NCBI GenBank assembly: GCA_008080735.1
Contig: SHMW01000108.1
Coordinates: 1 to 11,103, forward strand
Direction of reading: 5' to 3'
Length of the DNA: 11,103 nt
Source of the DNA: Promethearchaeota archaeon
Lineage (GTDB): Archaea; Asgardarchaeota; Lokiarchaeia; Sigyniarchaeales; SOKP01
The notes under the pieces were generated by a model, which made no database searches, was not told the DNA's origin, and worked only from the letters and a program-made list of their open reading frames with translations. Positions 1 to 7,471 of this stretch are shown piece after piece; positions within the stretch are counted from its first letter, which is position 1; every line of letters starts with the position of its first letter. Made by a program: the position numbers and the translations under genes.

Positions 1-942
1 ACTGTGTCTCGCCTACAAGAATTGGAACTTAATGGCACTAAAACGCTCAATATTAATACTGACGCTCACGATCTTTACTATTCGAATTCTCAAAAAAAAA
101 TACTCATCGGCAAGGAAACATGTAATGGACTGGGCTCGGGAAATAATCCAGAAATCGGAGAGGAGGCTGCTGAAGAGGATGTGGAACGAATCAGAAATTC
201 ATTAGACTCCGATATTGTATTTATTACGTGCGGACTCGGTGGGGGAACTGGCACAGGAGCAGCTCCTATAGTCGCGAGAGAAGCCAAAAGGAATGATTCT
301 ATGGTGGTCTCATTCTGTACGATTCCCTTCAAATCTGAAGGAGCGGAGCGGAGAGCAAGAGCAAGACTAGGATTGTCTAATCTTGCAAAATATTCCGATA
401 CCATTATCCCATTACCTAATAACAATTTAATCAATATTATCCCTAAAGTCCCAGTTCTTACTGGCTTTAAGATTATGGACGAGATTCTCATACGAAGCAT
501 TAAAGAAGTCGTTCATTTGATCAATAGTTGCGGTCTGATAAATATAGATTTCGCGGATGTGAAACGAGTATTTGAAAAAACAGGTAAATATCCTTCTGGC
601 CTGATAGGTATTACCGAATCACTGGGCAAAAAATCTGATTTAATCACTAAATCGAAATTAGCGATCCATAACCCGCTTCTTGAACTTGATACGCAATTAG
701 TTGATAAATGCCTATTGTCAGTCACCGGAAGTCATCGATTAACTTTAGATAAAATGGACGATATCGTCTCCACTATTTCTAATGAGATTCCCTCAGAAGC
801 TCAACTGAAAGTAGGAACCGCTATGAATCCCCAAATCGGTTCTAAAATACGAATAATGGTACTGGGAAGAGGTCCCATTTCTCCTTATGTGAAGTATGCC
901 CTTGATAACGATGATCAAGCATTCAATGATTTGATGAGCTAA
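1..942 (+). CDS. ftsZ: Cell division protein FtsZ (divergent paralogue), 5'-truncated by the window edge
   Basis: Tubulin/FtsZ signature GLGGGTGTG (GGGTGTG at 238-258), NTDAHDL, GLGSGNNPEIGEEAA, PFKSEG and T7 loop INIDFADV (538-561). The frame is open from base 1 and the N-terminal GxGGxGxN loop is absent, so the true start lies upstream and GTG at 4 is probably internal. Confidence 0.93.
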   Translation, partial: TVSRLQELELNGTKTLNINTDAHDLYYSNSQKKILIGKETCNGLGSGNNPEIGEEAAEEDVERIRNSLDSDIVFITCGLGGGTGTGAAPIVAREAKRNDSMVVSFCTIPFKSEGAERRARARLGLSNLAKYSDTIIPLPNNNLINIIPKVPVLTGFKIMDEILIRSIKEVVHLINSCGLINIDFADVKRVFEKTGKYPSGLIGITESLGKKSDLITKSKLAIHNPLLELDTQLVDKCLLSVTGSHRLTLDKMDDIVSTISNEIPSEAQLKVGTAMNPQIGSKIRIMVLGRGPISPYVKYALDNDDQAFNDLMS

Positions 943-943
943 G

Positions 944-987
944 TTTTTTCTCTCTTTTTTTAGATTTTTCAATTGATATGTTTTTTT
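944..987 (+). terminator. Archaeal-type oligo-T terminator downstream of ftsZ
   Basis: Several T5-T7 runs (ttttttctctctttttttagatttttc...ttttttt) begin immediately after the TAA stop. Confidence 0.55.
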
Positions 988-1012
988 ACGTTTATTAATT
1001 CTGATCAATATT

Positions 1013-1462
1013 ATGTCAGAACAAATGCCAAGAAAACGATTAGAAAAAGAAATTCGAGCGTTCTTGAAAACAAGAAAAATCCTCGTGCTATGTACCTGTG
1101 ATAATAACATTCCTAGAGCTACTCCGATGGACTTTTATATGGAAAAGGGGGAAGATAATTATAATCTCTATGTGGGCTTATCTCCTGGGCGAAAGATTGA
1201 AAATATCAAGAATAATCCAATAGTGAGCATAGGAATCTATACACCCATGGAAACAGGAAAGATTCAAGGAATGCAGATCACTGCTACTGGAGAAGAGCGA
1301 TTAAAATTCTTAAAAGATGGTGAAGAGGGGTTTGAAAAAGCTCAGCGCATCGTGCGAGGTAAGCGAAAACTTATCTTAAGAATTCTTCCCGAAAAAATAG
1401 AGCTCTTAGATTATGATTTCGTCAAAGAGAACTATTCACGATTTCAAATTTTAGAATTATAA
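1013..1462 (+). CDS. Pyridoxamine 5'-phosphate oxidase-like (FMN/F420-binding split-barrel) protein
   Basis: Family pattern FLKTRKILVLCTCDNNIPRATPMDF...GRKIENIKNNPIVSIGI...GMQITATG...LRILPEKIELLD; 149 aa. Confidence 0.85.
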   Translation: MSEQMPRKRLEKEIRAFLKTRKILVLCTCDNNIPRATPMDFYMEKGEDNYNLYVGLSPGRKIENIKNNPIVSIGIYTPMETGKIQGMQITATGEERLKFLKDGEEGFEKAQRIVRGKRKLILRILPEKIELLDYDFVKENYSRFQILEL

Positions 1463-1537
1463 CAAAAGTTTTAGGAAATCGAAAATTCTTTTATTTAGGT
1501 ACTAAATTTATTATCATTGTCTACTTAATGATTTAAA

Positions 1538-4495
1538 ATGCTTTCTGAAAATGAAATTGACCTTCTTAAGGATTGCCAAACAGATAAGGAATTAAAAACA
1601 GTTTTCAAGACTATTGCTTCTAAAAATCCAGATACGTATTTCCCTACCAAAGAATTAATGGATTTGGGCTATAGGAGAGAACAATGCAGTAGCTGTGGAA
1701 CTTATTTTTGGACTACTCATGAAGACCGACGAGTTTGTGGTGACCCGAGCTGCTCTGGAGGATTTAATGTGGTTCTTGACAATCCTACACCACAGAAATT
1801 GTCATATATTGAGGTATGGAAAAAAATCATTGAAGTTTTAGAACCTCGGGGTTATGTACCAATAAAACGGTATCCTTGTGTTGCCCGATGGAATCCAACT
1901 TCGGAATTCACCATCGCATCTATATCTGCGTTCCAACCATATGTCATTACTGGTGAAGAAGAACCTCCCGCGAAAAAGCTGATAATTCCCCAATTTTGTT
2001 TACGCTTTAATGATATAGAGAATGTAGGAATAACAGGCTCACATAATACGGGCTTCGTCATGATTGGACAGCACACTTTTGTCTCTCCGGAAGAGTGGGA
2101 TCAAGGAGAATTATTCATGGATATGCATGACTTTATTACCATTGGTGTAGGGCTCTCAAAGGATGAAATCACGGTCCATGAAGATTCGTGGGCAGGCGGA
2201 GGGTCATTTGGATGTAGTCTGGAGTTTTTTAGCAGGGGAGTCGAATTATTTAACCAAGTCTATACAATGTTTGAGCAGACACCAAAAGGTCCACGAGAAC
2301 TAAAACTGAAAGTATTAGATATGGGACTCGGTCAAGAACGAGTCGCGTGGTTTTCTCAAGGAACTCCGAATATGTATGAAGCCACATTTCCATATGTGCT
2401 TTCTAAGCTTAGAAAAAAAACCAAAATTGAATTAGACCATAGTTTATATAATCGATTTTCTAAATTTTCCGCTTATTTGAACGCAGATGAGGTAGAAGAT
2501 ATGGACGCTGCATGGCGGAGAGTAGCTGAGGAATTAAATATTAATGTTGAAAAATTGCGAAATACAATATTACCGATGACTGGACTTTATTCGATTGCGG
2601 AACACGCCAGAAGTCTTTTATTTGCGATTCACGATGGAAAATTACCCTCAAATGTCGGAGGGGGATACAATCTGCGTGTTATTTTCCGGAGGGCAATTGG
2701 ATTCATTGATAAATTTGGATGGAACATTGAAATTCCAGATGTATGTAAGTGGCACGCGGAAGAATTAAAGGGTCTCTTTCCTGAAGTCTCAGAGAATCTA
2801 GATGAGATAAAAGAAATTCTTGATGTAGAGAAGGAGAAATATTATGCCACTAAGAAGAAAGCGAACAAGATTCTAAAAAAGGAACTTAACAAAGGGCAAA
2901 TTGACACGGAAACTTTAATAGAGATGTATGATTCGAACGGAATCAGCCCAGATATGGTAAAAGAAGCGGCAAAAAAATACAATGTACAAGTAAAAATCCC
3001 AGATAACTTTTATAATCTTGTAATTCAAAGGCATGAACAATCCGAACAAGTTCACGCTACTAGAAAAGAGATCGAGCTGGAATTAGACGATATTCCCGAG
3101 ACAGAATCTCTGTATTATTATGATTATACCAAAACAGAAAATAAAGCGAAAGTTCTCAAAATTGCAGATCATAAGGTAATATTAGACAAATCTGTTGCTT
3201 ACCCGACCGCTGGCGGTCAACTTCACGATATAGGAACCATTAATGGACAGATTTTCAAGGATGTGTTTAAACAAGGCAATCATGTTATCCATGTACTTAA
3301 TGAGGATCCAGAATTTTCCGAGGGTGAAGAGGTAATAGTCAAGGTTGATGAAGATTGGAGGAGACAACTCTCCCAACACCATACGGCGACCCATATCGTA
3401 AATGCCGCAGCTCGAGAAATATTAGGGAGTCATGTAAACCAAGCGGGGGCTAAAAAAACACTTGAATCGTCCCATTTGGATATAACACATTATGAACAAC
3501 TCACTAACGAGCAGCTAAGCAGAATTGAAGAGAGAGCAAACGAAATCGTGAATGAGTCGATTGATCTAAATCTAAAATTTATGCCACGTGCCGAGGCAGA
3601 GCATGAATATGGCATGGAAATTTATCAAGGAGGGGCAGTTCCGGGGAGCAAAATCAGAATTGTTGAAGTTCCCGGGGTAGATGTAGAAGCTTGTGGGGGC
3701 ACTCATCTTAATAATACCGCTGAGACAGGCCAGATAAATATAATCAAGTCTCAGAAAATTCAAGATGGTGTCGTAAGACTTATCTATACCGCAGGAAAAG
3801 CATCAAAACGCTTAGAGAAGAGAAATCAAGAGATACTATATAAATTAGGATCTTTCTTAGATGTAGAAGAAGGCAAAATCGTTGGAAGAGTGAAAGAACT
3901 ATTTGATAAATGGAAAAATATCAATAAAGCACTCTCGACGGGAAATGTAAATGAAGAAGATTTGGATTTGAACTCGTCCGAAATATTCCGAGGAGACATT
4001 TTAACTGAACTTACTGAATTTCTAAACCTTCCAAAAGACAAAATATTTCCAAAAGTAAAACAATTCTACGATGAATGGGAAGAAGGGAAAGATAAATTAG
4101 ATAAAATGCAAAAACTCTTGAGCAATGATTTCATTAAAAAATTACTTTCAGATGCCGAAACCTATAAAGGGTTCAAAATAGTGGTTGAAGCTCTTGAAAA
4201 TCTCTCGCAAGAAGATTTGAAAAATGTAAATCAATCAATTCTTAAGGAAGATGATACCGCGATAACCATTCTACTCAATAAAACCCAGAGTGGATATATT
4301 GTTATGGGGATGCTAGGACCGAAAGCTTCAGAAGACTTAGATCTTCATTTAGGAAACTTTATTCGTAAGATAATTTCTCATTTCGATGGGAAAGGAGGTG
4401 GATCATCAGAATTTTTCCAAGGATTTATCGCTACGGAAGAATTGGAGCCAGACGAAATTACAGACTATATTTTAACCAAATTTAAGGAAGAATAG
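1538..4495 (+). CDS. alaS: Alanine--tRNA ligase, archaeal type
   Basis: N-terminal CSSCGTYFWT...CGDPSC Zn motif, YPCVARW, ASISAFQP, motif 2 CLRFNDIENVG, WAGGG, motif 3 DMGLGQER, G3:U70-recognition-type SNVGGGYNLR and MYDSNG, editing domain GGQLHD / HTATH / EACGGTH, and C-Ala GKGGG. Confidence 0.98.
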   Translation: MLSENEIDLLKDCQTDKELKTVFKTIASKNPDTYFPTKELMDLGYRREQCSSCGTYFWTTHEDRRVCGDPSCSGGFNVVLDNPTPQKLSYIEVWKKIIEVLEPRGYVPIKRYPCVARWNPTSEFTIASISAFQPYVITGEEEPPAKKLIIPQFCLRFNDIENVGITGSHNTGFVMIGQHTFVSPEEWDQGELFMDMHDFITIGVGLSKDEITVHEDSWAGGGSFGCSLEFFSRGVELFNQVYTMFEQTPKGPRELKLKVLDMGLGQERVAWFSQGTPNMYEATFPYVLSKLRKKTKIELDHSLYNRFSKFSAYLNADEVEDMDAAWRRVAEELNINVEKLRNTILPMTGLYSIAEHARSLLFAIHDGKLPSNVGGGYNLRVIFRRAIGFIDKFGWNIEIPDVCKWHAEELKGLFPEVSENLDEIKEILDVEKEKYYATKKKANKILKKELNKGQIDTETLIEMYDSNGISPDMVKEAAKKYNVQVKIPDNFYNLVIQRHEQSEQVHATRKEIELELDDIPETESLYYYDYTKTENKAKVLKIADHKVILDKSVAYPTAGGQLHDIGTINGQIFKDVFKQGNHVIHVLNEDPEFSEGEEVIVKVDEDWRRQLSQHHTATHIVNAAAREILGSHVNQAGAKKTLESSHLDITHYEQLTNEQLSRIEERANEIVNESIDLNLKFMPRAEAEHEYGMEIYQGGAVPGSKIRIVEVPGVDVEACGGTHLNNTAETGQINIIKSQKIQDGVVRLIYTAGKASKRLEKRNQEILYKLGSFLDVEEGKIVGRVKELFDKWKNINKALSTGNVNEEDLDLNSSEIFRGDILTELTEFLNLPKDKIFPKVKQFYDEWEEGKDKLDKMQKLLSNDFIKKLLSDAETYKGFKIVVEALENLSQEDLKNVNQSILKEDDTAITILLNKTQSGYIVMGMLGPKASEDLDLHLGNFIRKIISHFDGKGGGSSEFFQGFIATEELEPDEITDYILTKFKEE
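3833..4099 (+). repeat. Protein-level tandem duplication (55-codon period) of the helical linker preceding C-Ala in AlaRS
   Basis: ILYKLGSFLDVEEGKIVGRVKELFDKW (from 3833) vs ILTELTEFLNLPKDKIFPKVKQFYDEW (from 3998): 11/27 identical, ungapped, counted by hand. Confidence 0.75.
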
Positions 4496-4719
4496 ATACC
4501 AATCCTTATTTCTTTTCTCATATATCATAAAAGCAAAAATATATAGAAACTCTTTAGCTATTACAAAAATACGTCCTAAAACCCCCTTTTTACCAGACTC
4601 CTCTATATAGCTCAATATAGGTTTTATATAATATGTTCAAAACCAATAATAACCATCAACCTATAATTTTACTAAAGCTACAATAGAACTAATTTTATTG
4701 GTAATTTTTTGATCTTAAA

Positions 4720-5532
4720 ATGGAAATAATACATCTCTCGGATTTACATTATGGCTCTGCTGAATTTAAAGAAAAATGCTTTGAAAATATCATCGAATAT
4801 ATCGCAGGGTATAAATCTAAAATCGATTTGGTGATAATCACAGGTGATATCACTGACCATGGACGTTATGAAGAGTATGAGGGAATAAAACGATATATAG
4901 ACCGAATTCCCACGGAAAAATTAATAGTTCCAGGAAATCACGATATCTCTAAAAATGGAGCTGGAAAAATCAATTATGAAACATTTTTCGGCTCAACGAC
5001 TACAACTAACATCTCGAAAAAAAGTAATTGCCTTGCACTGGGAATATGCAGTGCGAAAGATGGAATTGCAATATCAGAAATAGGAGATCAACAATTAAGA
5101 TATATAGCAGAACAATATTTGAATAATTCTGAAAAACGAAAAATATTGGCTCTTCATCATCACCTCATTGCTGTTCCTTATAGCTCTAAAAGCTTAAATA
5201 TTCCAATAGATGCCGGAGAAGTACTGGAAATTCTTAGAATGTTTGAAATCGAGCTAGTATTGATGGGACATCGACATGTACCCCACGTATGGACATTAAA
5301 TGGGACTACATTTCTTTATTGTGGTACTAGTACAAGTGGAAAAGTCAGAGCTAATGAACCCCCATGTTTTAATCATATATATATGGATGATTTTGAATTG
5401 GAAGTTGATATAGTGGACTCTTATTCTTTGAACAAACAACCTTTACTGAGAAGAACTCCGAAGGATGTTAATTTCATTAAATACCGAAAAGCAAGAATAG
5501 AATACCTTTTACATGCAAAAATCTTAGGATAA
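4720..5532 (+). CDS. Calcineurin-like metallophosphoesterase (Icc/CpdA-like phosphodiesterase family)
   Basis: All five motifs in order: SDLH, GDITD, GNHD, ALHHH, GHRH. Confidence 0.92.
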   Translation: MEIIHLSDLHYGSAEFKEKCFENIIEYIAGYKSKIDLVIITGDITDHGRYEEYEGIKRYIDRIPTEKLIVPGNHDISKNGAGKINYETFFGSTTTTNISKKSNCLALGICSAKDGIAISEIGDQQLRYIAEQYLNNSEKRKILALHHHLIAVPYSSKSLNIPIDAGEVLEILRMFEIELVLMGHRHVPHVWTLNGTTFLYCGTSTSGKVRANEPPCFNHIYMDDFELEVDIVDSYSLNKQPLLRRTPKDVNFIKYRKARIEYLLHAKILG

Positions 5533-5587
5533 GCTTTTTAACTGGAAAAAAGTGTACATTTCACGCTATAATGATTTTTATCGCCAT

Positions 5588-5604
5588 TAAAACAGTTATA
5601 TTTA
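5588..5604 (+). promoter_or_regulatory. Putative archaeal BRE/TATA promoter for the Nudix gene
   Basis: Purine-rich aaaaca followed by ttatattta (5596-5604), about 40-48 nt upstream of ATG 5644. The AT-rich background lowers specificity. Confidence 0.3.
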
Positions 5605-5643
5605 ACTATATATTATCCTTATTGTAGTTAGCTGATAAAAAAA

Positions 5644-6057
5644 ATGCCGAGACCAGAAACTCCACTACTAACTGTGGATGCTGTGATATTATTTGATTCT
5701 GATAATCTTGTATTAATCAAGCGGAAAAATCCTCCTTTCAAAGGACAATATGCATTACCGGGTGGATTTGTAGATGTTGGCGAAACTGTTGAGGTCGCAT
5801 GCATCAGAGAGGCAAAAGAGGAAACAAACATAAATGTTAAAATTACCGAATTAATCGGCGTATTTTCTAAACCAGACCGCGACCCAAGAGGTCATACGGT
5901 TAGTATTGCTTTTTTATGTGAACCTAAATCTAATAGAGAAGATCCAAAAGCGCAAGATGATGCCGCTGAATTAGAGCTAGTTCCTATTCAAAAAATTAGG
6001 AAAATGAAACTTGCGTTTGATCACAAACAAATAATTAAGAAAGCGGGACTCATTTGA
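5644..6057 (+). CDS. Nudix hydrolase, ADP-ribose pyrophosphatase-like
   Basis: Nudix box GGFVDVGETVEVACIREAKEETN, plus LTVDAVI, PDRDPRGHTVS and LAFDH motifs typical of archaeal ADP-ribose pyrophosphatase-like Nudix proteins. Confidence 0.93.
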   Translation: MPRPETPLLTVDAVILFDSDNLVLIKRKNPPFKGQYALPGGFVDVGETVEVACIREAKEETNINVKITELIGVFSKPDRDPRGHTVSIAFLCEPKSNREDPKAQDDAAELELVPIQKIRKMKLAFDHKQIIKKAGLI

Positions 6058-6079
6058 AAAATCGAAGTGATGCCGACCT

Positions 6080-6880
6080 TTAGGATTTTGCATTATTGAA
6101 ATATTTTTTATAACACGAACAACATAATATCCCAAGATTTAGTGAGTGAGTCCATCCTGGTCCCAGATGGGTATATTTGTCTTTTAGTTCAAAAAACCTC
6201 TCTCTTAATAACATAACCTCTTCCTTCTGGCTAAAATAAAAATCTTTCAAATTGTCAATATGGTTCTTCTCCTTACAAAGTGGACATATCTGATAATTTT
6301 TCAAAAATTCAATAAAATCTTTTTCCTCTTTAGGAAATAAAAGGGATAGATCAGAATATTCTATTGAATTCTGTCCATTATATACTTCTATTAAGAATTT
6401 AAAGAAATCCTTTTTCAATATATAATTTATTTCTTCATGAGCGCTAATATTATAGTGGCCATTTATTCTATACGCTTCAAACAATCGTTTTATTTTTTCA
6501 TTAGCAACTTCTCTATGAGTGGCATCAGATTGAAAACTTAGAATTATCAAAGGGATATTTTTTATCTCATTTCTAAATTGAGTTATCCATCTTCTCGCTT
6601 CTCGATAAGAATTCATACTTGATTTGTCAATATAAATTAATCCTCCCCTCGCTCCATGACAAAATGAGGATAGCATGAATTCAAATCGCTTTTTCTGGTT
6701 TAAATGCCAAAGAATAAAAAGATAAGAATCACCGAAATTAGTCATACATTCGATTGAGTTGATAGTAATACCTATATGGGAGAAATCCTCGCCACTAAAT
6801 TCGGAATTATCGAAAAAAGGAATGATCTCTGGATTAGATACTCCCCCCATTATAATTTTAAATTTGTAAGATCGTGGCAT
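6080..6880 (-). CDS. Degenerate Rab/Ras-like small GTPase domain fused to a C-terminal Cys-rich (putative Zn-binding) domain
   Basis: Rab-like scaffold YKFKIIMGG...IGITI...ILWHLNQKKRFEFMLSSFCHGARGGLIYID...SYREARRWI...IPLIILSFQSD...YNISAH; C-terminal CPLC (6275-6286) and CCSC (6113-6124). ATG at 6880 is preferred over TTG at 6916. Confidence 0.8.
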   Translation of the reverse strand: MPRSYKFKIIMGGVSNPEIIPFFDNSEFSGEDFSHIGITINSIECMTNFGDSYLFILWHLNQKKRFEFMLSSFCHGARGGLIYIDKSSMNSYREARRWITQFRNEIKNIPLIILSFQSDATHREVANEKIKRLFEAYRINGHYNISAHEEINYILKKDFFKFLIEVYNGQNSIEYSDLSLLFPKEEKDFIEFLKNYQICPLCKEKNHIDNLKDFYFSQKEEVMLLRERFFELKDKYTHLGPGWTHSLNLGILCCSCYKKYFNNAKS

Positions 6881-6994
6881 TTCATTCAACCCTTTTGTTA
6901 TAAAAAACAATTTCAATGATTCATATAAAAAGATGGCTTAAAAAATGTTATGTTATTGTGGTATTCATATCATTTCTTCTATTTGATTTTCAGT

Positions 6995-7375
6995 CTATTT
7001 AATTTCATAGATATTTCCAAATGGGTCTTGGAGAAATAAATAATATCCCTCACTATTTTCTCTTGGGACTTGAATTACTTTAATATCCAATTCTCGTCCT
7101 TTGCTAACAATCTCGTTCCGATTCTCTACTTCCAAACATACATGAGTGAAGGTATCAGTTCTGTAGCTATTACCATCCGTAATAAATACTTCCGCCGCCA
7201 CATCCCCATGTTCATATCGTATGATTCGTTGATCCTTATTCTCTTCAAAAAATTTGTTCATTAATTTCGCGGGAACAGTAAAATCACGTGTTTTTTGAAA
7301 TCCAAGCAATTTTAGAAAAAAGGTATCACTATCTTCTTCAGAAATCGAAGCCACAGCAAAATGGTTTAATTTCAT
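6995..7375 (-). CDS. VOC (glyoxalase/bleomycin resistance/dioxygenase) family protein
   Basis: LNHFAV...FFLKLLGF, HVCLEV and FLQDPFGNIYEI; putative metal ligands H5, E62, H78, E124. Confidence 0.9.
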   Translation of the reverse strand: MKLNHFAVASISEEDSDTFFLKLLGFQKTRDFTVPAKLMNKFFEENKDQRIIRYEHGDVAAEVFITDGNSYRTDTFTHVCLEVENRNEIVSKGRELDIKVIQVPRENSEGYYLFLQDPFGNIYEIK

Positions 7376-7471
7376 AGTTTATCTTACAACGTTAATTTTA
7401 AGAATTTAAATATAATAATAAACTAATTTCTAATTAAAAGTAATAGTCTAATCAATAAAAAGGATTCAAAT

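Noticed and set aside
4-6. GTG at 4 as the ftsZ start codon
   Set aside because: It would omit the conserved first strand and glycine loop; the frame is open to the window edge.
90-1110. Minus-strand ORFs 90-500, 513-725 and 793-1110
   Set aside because: Antisense shadows of ftsZ and the PNPOx-like gene; no recognisable motifs.
1852-4041. Minus-strand ORFs 1852-2076, 3182-3394, 3572-3763 and 3826-4041
   Set aside because: Short antisense shadows wholly inside alaS.
6055-6099. Possible selenocysteine readthrough at the Nudix TGA, or pyrrolysine readthrough at TAG stops elsewhere
   Set aside because: The proteins are complete at their stops, readthrough gives only short tails, and no SECIS-like hairpin is evident.
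6080-6124. CCSC near the C-terminus as a Rab-like prenylation signal
   Set aside because: It lies 10 residues from the end rather than terminally, and fits better as the second half of a Zn site with CPLC.
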